Shown: positions 31,985-43,400, counted from the first letter of the stretch. The stretch is 64,000 bases of DNA from Chthoniobacterales bacterium (GCA_038207335.1 JBBQZX010000019.1:48681-112680); one strand, 5' to 3'. Notes: a model not told the origin generated them from the sequence alone. Made by a program: numbers and translations.

Positions 31985-33538
31985 TCACATTCTGCGCCAG
32001 GCGCGTCCGTCGCGGGCGAGGAGGTCGTCGGCTTCGGTGGGGCCCCAGGAGCCGGCTTCGTATTCGCAGAGCGGGGGAGGGGTCTCGTTCTTGTGCCACG
32101 CTTCCTCGATGCGGTCGATGAAGCGCCATGCGCCCTCGACTTCGTCGCGCCGCGCAAAAAGCGTGGCGTCGCCGCTCATCGCGTCGAGCAGGAGCCGCTC
32201 GTAAGCCTCGGGCGAGGCTTTTCCAAAGCTCGTGCCGTAGTGGAAATCCATCTTCACCGGCTCGACTCGGAGCGCCGCGCCGGGGCGCTTCGCCTGGATG
32301 CGGAGCGAGATGCCTTCGTCGGGCTGGATGCGGATGACGAGGACATTCGGCCCGACTGCGGCAGCGTCTTTATTAAAGAGCACGCTCGGCGCGTTCTTGA
32401 ACTGCACGGCGATTTCGGTGCCGCCTTTTGGCAGGCGCTTTCCGACTCGGACGTAAAATGGCACATCGGCCCAGCGCCAGTTATCGACGTGAACTTTCAA
32501 CGCCACGTAAGTCTCGGTCATCGACTCGCGGCTCACGCGATCCTCGGCGCGGTATGCGATGACTTCCTTGCCGTTGATCGCACCCGCCGCGTACTGCCCG
32601 CGCACGACATTTTCGCCGACCTCCTCAGGCGACATCGGGCGCAGGGCGCGCACGACTTTCACTTTTTCATCGCGGACGCTGTCGGCCTTCAGGTCGGTCG
32701 GCGGCTCCATCGCCACAAGGCAGAGGAGCTGGAGGAGGTGATTTTGCACCATGTCGCGCAGTGCGCCGGAACTCTCGTAGTAGGGCCCGCGCGCCTCGAC
32801 GCCGAGCGGCTCGGAGGCGGTGATCTGGACGTGGTCGATGTAGCGGCTGTTCCAGATGGGCTCGAAGATGGAGTTGGCAAAGCGCAGCACCATGATGTTT
32901 TGCGCGGTCTCTTTGCCGAGGAAATGGTCGATGCGGTAGGTGTCCTGTTCTTGGAAGACGGTATCGACGATGGTGTTCAACTCCTGCGCGGAGGGGAGGT
33001 CGGAGCCAAAGGGCTTCTCGACGATGACGCGCGACCATGCGCCGTCGCGGGCTTTGTTGAGCCCGACTTCGGCGAGCTTTTCGAGGATGCCACCGAATTC
33101 GCTCGGGGCGACGGAGAGGTAGAAGAGGCGGTTGCCGCCGGTGTTGCGCTCGGCGTCGAGCTGGTCGAGGCGCTCGGCGAGTTTTTTGTAGCCGTCGAGG
33201 TCGCCGAATTCGCTGCGATGATAGAAGAGCCGCTCGCTGAAACTTTCCCACAGCTCCTCATTGAGCCCCTGCCGCGAGTGTTTGCCGACGGCTTCCTTGA
33301 GCTCCGCGCGGAAGGAGTCGTCCGACTTTTCGCGCCGCGCAAAACCGACGACGGAGAGCGCCGCGGGGAGGTCGCCATCGGCGGCGATGTTGTAGAGCGC
33401 TGGGATGAGTTTTCGATACGTGAGATCGCCGGATGCGCCGAAGATCACGACGTTGCAGGGCTGTGGCATCGGTCGGCTGGAAAGCCCCTCCCGCAGAGGA
33501 TTGGCGGACCGTTCAGGCGGAGTGGTGGTCTTTTTCAA
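31985..33538 (-). CDS. zwf: Glucose-6-phosphate 1-dehydrogenase
   Basis: GASGDL, EKPFG, RIDHFLGKE, DMVQNH, AYERLL; start uncertain. Confidence 0.97.
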   Translation of the reverse strand: MKKTTTPPERSANPLREGLSSRPMPQPCNVVIFGASGDLTYRKLIPALYNIAADGDLPAALSVVGFARREKSDDSFRAELKEAVGKHSRQGLNEELWESFSERLFYHRSEFGDLDGYKKLAERLDQLDAERNTGGNRLFYLSVAPSEFGGILEKLAEVGLNKARDGAWSRVIVEKPFGSDLPSAQELNTIVDTVFQEQDTYRIDHFLGKETAQNIMVLRFANSIFEPIWNSRYIDHVQITASEPLGVEARGPYYESSGALRDMVQNHLLQLLCLVAMEPPTDLKADSVRDEKVKVVRALRPMSPEEVGENVVRGQYAAGAINGKEVIAYRAEDRVSRESMTETYVALKVHVDNWRWADVPFYVRVGKRLPKGGTEIAVQFKNAPSVLFNKDAAAVGPNVLVIRIQPDEGISLRIQAKRPGAALRVEPVKMDFHYGTSFGKASPEAYERLLLDAMSGDATLFARRDEVEGAWRFIDRIEEAWHKNETPPPLCEYEAGSWGPTEADDLLARDGRAWRRM

Positions 33539-33612
33539 AGCGAACCGGGAGAGTGCGCAGGTGCGCGGCGGGTTTCAAGCCGCATCGCATCGCGTCAGGC
33601 TTCCAACCTGAG

Positions 33613-34068
33613 TCACGGCTGCACGAGCACGACGAATAGAATCTGCCCCCGCGCGTGCATCGGACCGCGGATGAAGAGCGGGCTCTCCGGCGCGATCTTC
33701 GCCTCGGTATCCACGAGCTGCTGCTTGTCGTGAAAGAGCTGGAGATTCAGCAAATATCCGCCTCGCGCTTCCTTCGCGCTGGAGCGGCGCGCTTTCACAT
33801 CCATGGAAAAATGCGAGGTCGGCGCGAGCTGGACCTCCGCCATGTCGTCGATCTTAGCGGTCGCGCTGCCGATGATTTCGACCTGATTGTAGCCGAGCAA
33901 ATTCCGCAGCCGCTTGCACACGGCGTCGAGCTCCGCGGGCGGCGCTTTCGGTTGCGCGACATTCGACGCGAGCAGCACGGCGCTCCAGATTTTATCCTCA
34001 GCGCCGGCGCGCGGAAGCGTGATCAGGAGCGCGAACGCAATGCCGAAGATGAGGCGGAGCGCGGTCAC
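33613..34068 (-). CDS. Hypothetical exported protein (ECF operon member)
   Basis: Signal peptide; tightly linked downstream of the anti-sigma gene. Confidence 0.7.
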   Translation of the reverse strand: MTALRLIFGIAFALLITLPRAGAEDKIWSAVLLASNVAQPKAPPAELDAVCKRLRNLLGYNQVEIIGSATAKIDDMAEVQLAPTSHFSMDVKARRSSAKEARGGYLLNLQLFHDKQQLVDTEAKIAPESPLFIRGPMHARGQILFVVLVQP

Positions 34069-34071
34069 GGG

Positions 34072-34581
34072 TCAGTTGAGCTGCGCGCTCGCGGGGAGGT
34101 AATCGAGCCCGTCGAGCCAGAGCACGGTGACGTTGTCCTTCGGGTTATAAACGGGCGTCGCGGAGACGTGCGGATTGTCCGTGCGGGCATCGACGATCTC
34201 CGCAAAATACGGCGTTCCCGCGCCTTCGGGTGTGCCGGTCGGGATCATCATTTTGAAAAGCCCGCCTGCGAGAAGCAGGCACGCCGAGCCCACCATCGCG
34301 AGCTGCGGGATCGACCACTGCCACCAATGGCGGCGATCGCTTTTCACCTCTCGCCCCGACTCCGCGGCGATGCGCGCCGCGACCTGGTGAGAGAAAAAGT
34401 CGGCGTTTGTGAGCGACGGCGCATCCGCGTGACGGCGCAGAAAATCGCCGAGCCGCAGTGCGTCCGTTTTGTCCGGGAGCGCGTCCGGAACGGACTCGAG
34501 TTCGCGCTCGAAAGCGGCGGCTTCCGCGGCGGTCAGTTTCCCGTCGATCCATCCGGTGTAGCGTTCTTCAAAGGTTTTCAT
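34072..34581 (-). CDS. Putative anti-sigma factor
   Basis: N-terminal WIDGKL-T anti-sigma-like motif, single TM, overlaps the ECF gene. Confidence 0.7.
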   Translation of the reverse strand: MKTFEERYTGWIDGKLTAAEAAAFERELESVPDALPDKTDALRLGDFLRRHADAPSLTNADFFSHQVAARIAAESGREVKSDRRHWWQWSIPQLAMVGSACLLLAGGLFKMMIPTGTPEGAGTPYFAEIVDARTDNPHVSATPVYNPKDNVTVLWLDGLDYLPASAQLN

Positions 34582-35209
34582 AAACGTCTCGGAGCAGGGT
34601 TTGGAGTTTCTTGCGGGCGTAGAAAAGACGCGACATGACGGTGCCGATCGAGCAGTCGAGCACGTCGGCGATTTCCTGATATTCCAGCCCGTCGATCTCG
34701 CGCAGCACGATCACGGCACGATGCTCGGGCGAAAGTTTGACCAACGCGGCATCGATGCGCGTGCGGACTTCCTGATCGGAAATTTTCTCGATCGGCTGCA
34801 ACTCGCCTTTCGGCAGCGTTACCGCGCCGGGCTCGATGTTTCGCAGCCCGATCGCGTCGTCGAATTCCGTCCCTCCGTGAATCTGCTTTTTGCGGATCGA
34901 GTCGATCGCGACGTTCATCAAAATCCGGTAGAGCCAGGTGTAAAACGACGACTGCCCGCGAAAGCGCGCGATCGATTTCCACGCCTTCAGAAAGCCGTCC
35001 TGCGCGAGGTCCCACGCGTCTTGTTCGTTGCGGACGACGTTGTAGATCATGGAAAAAGCGCGGCTCCGGTATCGGGTGACGAGTTGGTTGAACGCCTGCT
35101 GATCGCCCGCCTGCGACCGGGCGACCAATTGCAAATCATCGGGCTCGTCGGGCAGGTTTTCGGTGTCGGCAGACGTGCGTTTGGACGGACTCACTCGTGA
35201 AAAATTCAA
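34568..35209 (-). CDS. ECF RNA polymerase sigma factor (RpoE-like)
   Basis: DAWDLAQDGF, FYTWLYRI, LREIDGLEYQEIA...GTVMSRLFYAR; start uncertain. Confidence 0.93.
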   Translation of the reverse strand: MNFSRVSPSKRTSADTENLPDEPDDLQLVARSQAGDQQAFNQLVTRYRSRAFSMIYNVVRNEQDAWDLAQDGFLKAWKSIARFRGQSSFYTWLYRILMNVAIDSIRKKQIHGGTEFDDAIGLRNIEPGAVTLPKGELQPIEKISDQEVRTRIDAALVKLSPEHRAVIVLREIDGLEYQEIADVLDCSIGTVMSRLFYARKKLQTLLRDVYENL

Positions 35210-35253
35210 CTGGGGTTTAACTTTTTTACCGCCGCGACCGCCGCGGTAAAACC

Positions 35254-35916
35254 TCAGTCACCCGTCCCAAACCGCCGCCGCCACTCCGCGCGATACTCGC
35301 CCATGAGTTGGATGATCCCGTCGCGGATTTGGAACAGCCGCTGGTTGAGCGTCGCAAAACGCTCGCGCTTGATCCGCGCTTCTTTCTTGAGCTGCACCGC
35401 CGCCTCGAGCCCGAGCATCGTTGCCTTCAGCGCTCTTTTTAAATATGCGATCGTCATCCCGATCTCATCCACGTCGTCGTCGCTGAGCGCTGCAGCGAGC
35501 TTGGCACTGGCAATCGCCGTTTGCGTCGAGAGTTTCACAGCGGCGGGCTGATTTCCCGCCTCGCCGAGGTCTTCGAAAAGCTGATCGATCCAAATCGTGA
35601 GCGCGAACGACGCCTTGTAGAGCGGATGCACTTCAAAGCCGAGTCCGCCGGACTCCGTCTCATCGGCACCACTTTCCTCCAGCGCCTCGGCCTCTTCCTC
35701 GAAAAGCGAATCCACATCCTCAGCCCACTTCTCCCCCTCGCGGTCGAGCAGATGAAACCAGCCCATCTCCCGCGCGATGATCTGGTCGCGCCTCGGATCG
35801 TCGATGTAGCGCTCGAGAAGCTCCATGTATTTCTCGGTTTTCTGATCCTGCTGCTGGAGAAAACGCTCCCAGTCGTATTCGTCCCAGATTTGCTCCGGGC
35901 CGTCGTTGTCGCGCAT
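35254..35916 (-). CDS. Conserved-looking hypothetical protein
   Basis: Acidic helical ORF with normal codon usage (WDEYDWERFL...AYLKRAL). Confidence 0.7.
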   Translation of the reverse strand: MRDNDGPEQIWDEYDWERFLQQQDQKTEKYMELLERYIDDPRRDQIIAREMGWFHLLDREGEKWAEDVDSLFEEEAEALEESGADETESGGLGFEVHPLYKASFALTIWIDQLFEDLGEAGNQPAAVKLSTQTAIASAKLAAALSDDDVDEIGMTIAYLKRALKATMLGLEAAVQLKKEARIKRERFATLNQRLFQIRDGIIQLMGEYRAEWRRRFGTGD

Positions 35917-35991
35917 GGGGATTAAATACGGCTCAGGAGGGGGAGGCGGCAAAAGGAAAGTTCGGAGGACGGAAGACGCCGCCCGCGCTCT

Positions 35992-37080
35992 TCAGCCTTC
36001 GACCATCACCGTCGGCCCCCCGCCTGCCTCCACCTGCCTCCGCAACTGCCCGCACGCCGCCGCAATATCCCCGCCCTTTTCCCGCCGAATCGTCGCCGCC
36101 GCGCCCGCCCTCTCCAACACCGCCATGAACGCATCCTGCCGCGCCTCGCTCGGCCGTTTCCACTCCAGCCCATCCACCGCGTTGTACGGGATGCAATTCA
36201 CCTTCGCACGCACCTTTCGCACAAGCCGCCCGAGCGCTGCCGCGTCCTCCGGGCGATCGTTCACGCCGTCGATCAGGATGTATTCGAAAGTCAGCCGCTG
36301 GCTCTTTTTCTCGGTATAAAAAGCGCACGCCTCCAGCAGCGCCGCCAGCGGGAATTTGCGGTTCACCGGCATGATCTGCTGCCGCACCTCATCCGTCGCT
36401 CCGTGCAGAGAAATGGCGAGCCGCACCTGCAACGGCTGCTCCGCGAGCAGCCGAATCTGTGGCGCGAGACCGCTTGTCGAAATCGTGATGTGCCGCGCGC
36501 CGAGTCCCACGCCCCACGGGGCATTGATGATCCCGATCGCGCGCATGAGATTCGCGAAATTCGCGAGCGGCTCGCCCATGCCCATGAAGACGATGTTGTT
36601 GATCTTCTCGCCGCTCAACTCCTCCACGCGCAGCACCTGGCTCACGATCTCTCCCGCGTGCAAATTCCTGCTGAATCCATCCAGTCCGCTCGCGCAAAAT
36701 TTGCACCCGTAAGCGCAACCGACCTGCGTCGAAATGCAGAGTGTGCGCCGATCCGAGGCTTCGCCATAAAGCGCGGGCGAAGCGGGAATCAGCACCGTCT
36801 CGATGAGGCTCGCATCGTGCAGCCGGAATAGAAATTTGCGTGTCGTATCCGACGACCCGAGCGTCCGCACCGGCTCCAGATCGTCGAAGGAAAACGCTTC
36901 CTCCAGCTGCGAACGGAGCGCCGCCGGCAGGTCGCTCATCTCATTGAACGTACGTACCCGTTGCCCGTAAATCCAATGCAGCATCTGCTTCGCGCGATAC
37001 GCCGGCTGTCCGAGCGCTCTCAACTTCGCGCCCAGCTCATCGAGCGTGAGCGAGTGAATCGGCGTGCGGGCAGCGAGCAT
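35992..37080 (-). CDS. rlmN: 23S rRNA (adenine2503-C2)-methyltransferase
   Basis: CISTQVGCAYGCKFC radical-SAM motif, MGMGEP, SLHG, AACGQL. Confidence 0.96.
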   Translation of the reverse strand: MLAARTPIHSLTLDELGAKLRALGQPAYRAKQMLHWIYGQRVRTFNEMSDLPAALRSQLEEAFSFDDLEPVRTLGSSDTTRKFLFRLHDASLIETVLIPASPALYGEASDRRTLCISTQVGCAYGCKFCASGLDGFSRNLHAGEIVSQVLRVEELSGEKINNIVFMGMGEPLANFANLMRAIGIINAPWGVGLGARHITISTSGLAPQIRLLAEQPLQVRLAISLHGATDEVRQQIMPVNRKFPLAALLEACAFYTEKKSQRLTFEYILIDGVNDRPEDAAALGRLVRKVRAKVNCIPYNAVDGLEWKRPSEARQDAFMAVLERAGAAATIRREKGGDIAAACGQLRRQVEAGGGPTVMVEG

Positions 37081-37240
37081 CGCGCACCTTCACCGGAACG
37101 CCTCCGCGCGGCAAGCGGGAGCTGTCACGCAGCGGAACGCGTTCCTAATTCGCGCGGCACTTGTGGATTGCACCCTTTCAGCGCCCGGCCTCGCGTTTTT
37201 CCCTGAATCTGCGAGAAATCTAACCGCGTTTTTCAACTCT

Positions 37241-40200
37241 ATGAAGTTCACACCTTTTCGCCTCTCCCTCCCCGGAATGTGTATCCTCGCGTTGCCGCTC
37301 ACAGCGCTCGCCGGGGACAAGCTCACCTTCAATCGCGACATCCGCCCGATCCTGTCGGACAAATGCTTTGCCTGCCACGGCACCGATGCGAAGCACCGCG
37401 ATTCCGGGCGGCGGCTCGACACGCCGGAGGGTGCATTTGTGGAGACGGAAGGAATCATCGCCATCAAGCCGGGCGACCTCGCGGCGAGCGACGCGTGGGA
37501 GCGGATCACGAGCACCGACAAAAAGGAAATGATGCCGCCGCCGAAGTCGCACAAGACGCTTACTGCCGCAGAAAAAGAAGTGCTGCGGAGGTGGATCGTC
37601 GAGGGCGCGAAATACGAGAAACATTGGGCATTTGAGCCGCCGGTGAAAGCCGTGCCCCCTGCGGTGAAAGATGCGGGTCGGGTGCAAAATCCGATCGATG
37701 CCTTCGTGCTGGCGCGCTTGGACCGCGAGGGTCTCGCATTTTCGCCCGAAGCCGACCGCGCCACGCTCATCCGCCGCGTCACGCTCGCGATCACGGGACT
37801 GCCGCCGACGCCTGCCGAGGTCGATACTTTCACCGCCGACACCGCGCCGGATGCGTTCGCGAAAGTGGTTGATCGCCTGCTCGCCTCGCCGCGCTTCGGC
37901 GAGCACATGGCGCACTGGTGGCTCGACCTCGCGCGCTACGGCGACACGCACGGGCTGCATCTCGACAACGAGCGCGAGATGTGGCTCTACCGCGACTGGG
38001 TCATCGGCGCCTTCAACCGCAATTTGCCGTTCGACCAATTCACGATCGAGCAACTCGCCGGCGACCAAATCCCGAATGCGACGAACGAGCAGAAAGTCGC
38101 GAGCGGCTTCAACCGCTGCAACGTGACGACCAGCGAGGGCGGCGCAATCGCGGAGGAATTTCGCTTCCGATACGCCATCGATCGCTCCACCACGACGGCG
38201 CAGGCGTGGCTCGCGCTCACGACGCAATGCGCGGTCTGCCACGACCACAAATTCGACCCGATCTCGCAGAAAGAGGTCTATCAACTTTACGCGTTCTTCA
38301 ACAGCAGCGCCGACCCAGCGATGGATGGCAACAAGGCGCTCGTCGAGCCCGTGCTGCAAGTTTCGACTCCCGATCAAAAGCAGCAGCTCGCCGCTTTCGA
38401 CGCGAAAATCGGCGCGCAAAAAAAACAGCTCACCGATGCTGTGAACATCGCGGTGCAGGCTTATCGAGACCCCGCCGATGCGCCCGATGCCGCCACGCCG
38501 CACGCGGTCGAGGAAGTGTGGATGGAAGATGGATTTCCGGCCGGCGCGAAGCCGCAGATCAACGACGGCGAGTCGCCGCTCATGCTCGTCGGCAGCGAGG
38601 AAATGCCGCCCGCATCCGGGAAGCTCTCGATCAAGCGCTCGGCGAAAGGCGTGGGCCAAGATTTCTTTGCGGGCGGCGCGAGCTTCACGGTTCCAGCAGA
38701 TGCGATCATCTCCGTGATGGCGCGCACCGACCCCGCGGATTTGCCGCGCGCGATCATGATTCAATTCCACACGAGCGACTGGAAGGCGCGCGCCGTGTGG
38801 GGCGACGACGCGGCGATCCCGTACGGGAAGCCCGGCACGCCCGAGCATTTCCTCGCGGGCGAACTGCCACCGAATTCGCAATGGACACGGCTCGAGGTGC
38901 CGGCTGAAAAGCTCGGCCTTCACGCGGGCGACGTGATCGACGGATACGCATTCACGCAGGCTGGCGGCACGGTTTTCTGGGACCGTCTCGCCGTGCATGG
39001 GACGAGTGATCCCGCGGCCGATCCGGCGCGATCTTTCACCGCATGGCTGAAAGCGGGCGAGGGGAAAGACACGCCGAGCGTCACGCCGGAACTGAATGGG
39101 TTGCGGAAAAAACGCGCGGCGGCTCGCAAGCCGGAGGATCTCGCCAAGCTGCGCGCCCACTACATCCAGAGCGTTTGCGCCACGACGCGCGGCGCATTTG
39201 CCAATGCGGAGAACGCGGTCGCCGCGCTCGAAAAACAGCGCGCCGATTTGGACAAAGCGCTCCCGAGCACATTCGTCATGCACGACATGGATGCGCCGCG
39301 CGAATCCTTCGTGATGGAGCGTGGCCAATACAATGTGCCGGGCGAAAAGGTGCAGCCCGGCACGCCCGCGATTTTGCCTCCTCTTGATGTGGAAAACCCG
39401 CGCCGCATCGACCTCGCGCGCTGGCTCGTGGACGCCAAAAATCCTCTCACCGCACGCGTCGCGGTGAATCGCTTCTGGCAGCAGCTCTTCGGCATCGGGC
39501 TCGTGAAAACGTCCGCCGATTTCGGCTCGCAGGGAGAGCCGCCGAGCCACCCGGAATTACTAGACTGGCTAGCCGTGAGTTTCCGGGAAAGCGGCTGGGA
39601 CATGAAGCGGCTGGTGAAGACGATCGTGCTCAGCAACGCATGGCGGCAGACCTCTCGCGTGACGCCCAATCTCCTTGTGCGAGACCCGGAAAATCGCCTG
39701 TTCGCGCGCGGCCCGCGGATGCGCCTGAACGCCGAAGCCGTGCGCGACGACGCACTCTTTGTCGCCGGCCTCCTTGTCGAGAAGCAAGGTGGGCACGCGG
39801 TGAAATCGTATCAGCCGCCGAATATCTGGGAGCCCGTTGCATTCAAAAACAGCACGACCCGCAACTACGTCCAGGACACCGGCGACGCGCTCTACCGCCG
39901 GAGTGTTTATTCATTCATCAAGCGCACCGCGCCGCCACCGTTCCTCGTGAATTTCGATGCCCCCTCGCGCGAGGGAATCTGCACCCGCCGCGAGCGCAGC
40001 GACACGCCGCTCCAAGCGCTTCAACTCCTGAATGACGTGCAATATTTCGAGGCCGCGCGCGTCTTCGCCCAGCGCATTTTGACGGAGGGAGGCCCGACTC
40101 CCGGAGAGCGTATCGCCACCGCATTCCGCCTCGCCCTCGCTCGCCTGCCCGAGCCTCGCGAGACCGAGCGAGTCCAGTCGATGCTCGGCATTTTCCTTGA

Positions 40201-40351
40201 GAAATATCGCGCGAATCCCGAAGCCGCCAAAGCCGTTCTGGCCAACGGCGAATCCAAGCCGCCCGCAAACCTCGACACCATCGAACTCGCCGCTTGGACG
40301 CAGGTCGGAAACCTTGTCCTCAACCTCGACGAAAACATCACGCTCAACTGA
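37241..40351 (+). CDS. PSD1/planctomycete cytochrome c protein (DUF1549 + DUF1553)
   Basis: FNRDIRPILSDKCFACHG, WLDLARYGD, CAVCHDHKFDP, NPLTARVAVNRFW, HPELLDWLA, TPLQAL. Confidence 0.93.
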   Translation: MKFTPFRLSLPGMCILALPLTALAGDKLTFNRDIRPILSDKCFACHGTDAKHRDSGRRLDTPEGAFVETEGIIAIKPGDLAASDAWERITSTDKKEMMPPPKSHKTLTAAEKEVLRRWIVEGAKYEKHWAFEPPVKAVPPAVKDAGRVQNPIDAFVLARLDREGLAFSPEADRATLIRRVTLAITGLPPTPAEVDTFTADTAPDAFAKVVDRLLASPRFGEHMAHWWLDLARYGDTHGLHLDNEREMWLYRDWVIGAFNRNLPFDQFTIEQLAGDQIPNATNEQKVASGFNRCNVTTSEGGAIAEEFRFRYAIDRSTTTAQAWLALTTQCAVCHDHKFDPISQKEVYQLYAFFNSSADPAMDGNKALVEPVLQVSTPDQKQQLAAFDAKIGAQKKQLTDAVNIAVQAYRDPADAPDAATPHAVEEVWMEDGFPAGAKPQINDGESPLMLVGSEEMPPASGKLSIKRSAKGVGQDFFAGGASFTVPADAIISVMARTDPADLPRAIMIQFHTSDWKARAVWGDDAAIPYGKPGTPEHFLAGELPPNSQWTRLEVPAEKLGLHAGDVIDGYAFTQAGGTVFWDRLAVHGTSDPAADPARSFTAWLKAGEGKDTPSVTPELNGLRKKRAAARKPEDLAKLRAHYIQSVCATTRGAFANAENAVAALEKQRADLDKALPSTFVMHDMDAPRESFVMERGQYNVPGEKVQPGTPAILPPLDVENPRRIDLARWLVDAKNPLTARVAVNRFWQQLFGIGLVKTSADFGSQGEPPSHPELLDWLAVSFRESGWDMKRLVKTIVLSNAWRQTSRVTPNLLVRDPENRLFARGPRMRLNAEAVRDDALFVAGLLVEKQGGHAVKSYQPPNIWEPVAFKNSTTRNYVQDTGDALYRRSVYSFIKRTAPPPFLVNFDAPSREGICTRRERSDTPLQALQLLNDVQYFEAARVFAQRILTEGGPTPGERIATAFRLALARLPEPRETERVQSMLGIFLEKYRANPEAAKAVLANGESKPPANLDTIELAAWTQVGNLVLNLDENITLN

Positions 40352-40417
40352 CCCGGCGGCCGAAACCCGCGATCCCGGCGGCGCTCCAGTGTGCTGGCCG
40401 GAGTTGATGCCGACCGG

Positions 40418-43400
40418 CTACGGGACGCTGATCGTGTAGATGGCTTGGGCGCCGTCGGTGAAATAGACGCGGGCAGCAACGGTGCCGTCGGCGGCGAAGC
40501 TGCGGCGCGTGCCGGCGCTGCCGCTGCTCGCGGCCAGCGTGACGAAGCTCTTCACCGGCGTGCCGCCGAGCGGGTCGCCTTCTTGTAGAAGCTTGCGCAG
40601 CGTGCCGGTGCCAGTCATGGCCCAGAGGCCGGTGTTGCTGGTGGCGAGGATGCCGCCGGGGCCGTTTGCGCCGCTTGCGCCGGTCACGAGTTTCGCCACG
40701 AAGAGCGGGCCCTTGTCGCTGGCGGCGAGCGATGTGAACGATTTCCACTGCGCTCCGACGGCGCTCTCCGGCGGCTGCGCGCCTTCCTGCGCGAGCAGGG
40801 CGAGCGCGGTGGAGGCGTTCTGCCACCAGATGCCGGTGTCGCTTGTGGCGGTGACGCTGCCGCCTTTGGCCTGCCCGAGGAACGCGAAGATCTGGCCGTC
40901 CGGCGAGAGGACGGGGTCCTTTAAGGCATTGAACGCGGCGTCGGTGCCGGGGGCGGGCTCGCCGCGCTTAATGCTGCTAGCGGTGCCGGTGGTGGGCATG
41001 AAAAAGAGGCGCTTGGCATCGCTGGCGAGCACGCCGCCGAGGTTCGGCGTCAGGTTCGCGAGGAAGGCGATTGCGCCGCCTGCGGTATCGGGATTGGCGG
41101 GCGAGCCAAAGGTTTTCCACGTCGCATCCGGCACGCCGGGCACGGTCGGCTCGGTGCTGGCGAACACCTTGCTCGCGCCGCTTTCATCGGTATCCACGAG
41201 CGCCTGCGTCTTATCCACGAAGGCGACTTGGAACGTCGCCGTCGCGCCGCCCCACTGGCCGCGGCCCTGCGCGGGCGTGCCGCCGGAAGTCTTCAACAGG
41301 CGGAAGCTCTTCACCGCGCTCGTGCTGACGCCCCCCAGCGTGCTGCCCTCGCGCGCGATCGCAGTCACCGTGCCGGTGCTCGCCTTCCAACGCCACGCGC
41401 CCGTGTCGTCCGTGCGCGTCACGCCGCCCGGCCCCGCCGCGCCCGCCGCGCCGATGCGCAGGCTGCCGGTGAAGACGACCCACACGTCGCTGCCGCCGAA
41501 CTGGATGTTCGAGGTGGATGCCACGGTCTCGACCACCGTGCTGGCGGAACTGATCGACGCCGACGCGATGCTCCTGAGCTGCGAGCCCTCGGGCGTGCCG
41601 GGCAGCGTCGCATTCTCGCGCGCCACGAGCCGCACCGTGCCGCCCGCATTGGAAAAGAGCGCGATGTCGTCATTTGTGGTCGCGCCGCCGAGCTTCGCGA
41701 GGAAGGCGATGCTGCCATCCGCCGCGATCACCGGGTCCTTGAACGCCTTGAACGTAACGCCCGCCAGCGGCGAACCGGTCGCATCCGGCGCGGCATCGCC
41801 CGTCTTCGCGATTGCCCGCGTCGGCGTACCTGCGAAGAGCCCCGCACCGGAGCCTGTCGGGCTCTTCCACTTCGCGAGAAAAGCCAGCGTCTCCGCGTCA
41901 TTGATCGCCGGCACTCCGAAGCCCGCGAACACCGCGCCATCCGGCGGCCCGCCCGCCGTCCCCGCGCCGGGCACCGTGCCGCCTTTCTCAAAGCGCCTTG
42001 TCGCCTCCGGGTTCAGCGTCACCGTCCACGACGCCACCGCGGGCGTCGCATCCGTATTCCCCGCCGCATCCTTCGCGCGGACTTCGTAAACGTGCGCGCC
42101 CTGCGCCAGCCCGTTCAGAACCACCGGGCTCGTCACCGGCCCAAACTCCTCCCCATCCAGCCGCCCCTCGAAAGTCAGACTCCCCGCCGCCGTCACATCA
42201 TCGCTTCCCGTGAACGCAATCGTCGCCGAATCACTATTCACCGTCCCCGACGGCCCGCTCGTGATCGTCGTCTCCGGCGCCGTCATATCCGGCGGCGCCA
42301 TCGTCGTGAAAGTCGCGACGCTCGTGTAGCTCGTCCCCACCGAGTTCGTCGCATACGCCTTGAATGAATACCCGCTGCTCGCATCCAACCCGCCCACCGC
42401 CACCGTGAAGCTCCCCGTCGTCCCCGCCGCCGTCGCCGACATCACCCCGCTCCCGCCGAGCACCGGGTCCGCATTCCCCGAAGTCAGCGCATACACCAGG
42501 CCCCGCGCCGTGATCGCCGCTCCGCCGTCGCTGGTCACATTCCCCCCGAGCGTTGCCCCCGCATCCGTCACGCCGGTGAAGGTCGGCGTCGTCACCGTCG
42601 GCGCAGTTGGTGCAGTGTAAGAGACGAGCTTGGCCGCACTCGGGACACCATTGGCGAAGACTGTCGCCAGCGCGTAGCCCTCACGCAGCGCTGCGGCGGG
42701 CGTTGAGGTGAAGGACGTTGCGGATGCAGACGCCGAGGCATCCCGAGAAAGAAAGACGCTCTGCTCGTTGTTCAGCCAGCGCAGTTGCACCACGGGGTAG
42801 TTTGTTGGCGAATCGTTCGTGCCGCCTACGGACGCGCCGGAAATGCCGTTGAAGCCACTGCCAGTCAGCACAAGCCGCCCGTTCGAATCGAACGAGGAGG
42901 CGGTAACCTGCGGTTGCGTGGCCGGTGAGAAGCCAAGTCCCACGTTGTAGAGTTCCGCGCTCGCGAGATCGCTACTGCCATAAAAGCCCCCGGCGACGAG
43001 CACTTTGCCGTCGAGCAGCAGCGCCGCTGCTTGAACGAAGCGTGCGTTCGCAAGGTTGCCGGTTGCGGTCCACGTCCCGTTTGCCGGATCGTAGAGTTCA
43101 GCACTCATCGTTACGCCGCTGTTCCCGGCTCCGCCGGCGACGAGCACTTTGCCGTTAGGCAGCAGCGTCGCCGTGTGATTTCCACGCGCCGTGGAGAGAC
43201 TGGCGGTCGCAGTCCACTTCCCGCTCGCCGGATCGTAGAGCTCTGCGCTCGTGACAACCACGCTGGTCCCGACTCCCCCAGCGACGAGCACCTTGCCGTT
43301 GGGCAGCAGTGTTGCCGTGTGATAGCCGCGCGCCGTGGAGAGGCTGGCGGTCACCGTCCACGTCCCGGTCGCCGGGTCGTAAAGTTCCGCACCCGTGAGC

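Noticed and set aside
35224..35251. Palindrome ttttaccgc...gcggtaaaa as a terminator
   Set aside because: No T-tract follows it on the transcribed (minus) strand; its function cannot be assigned.
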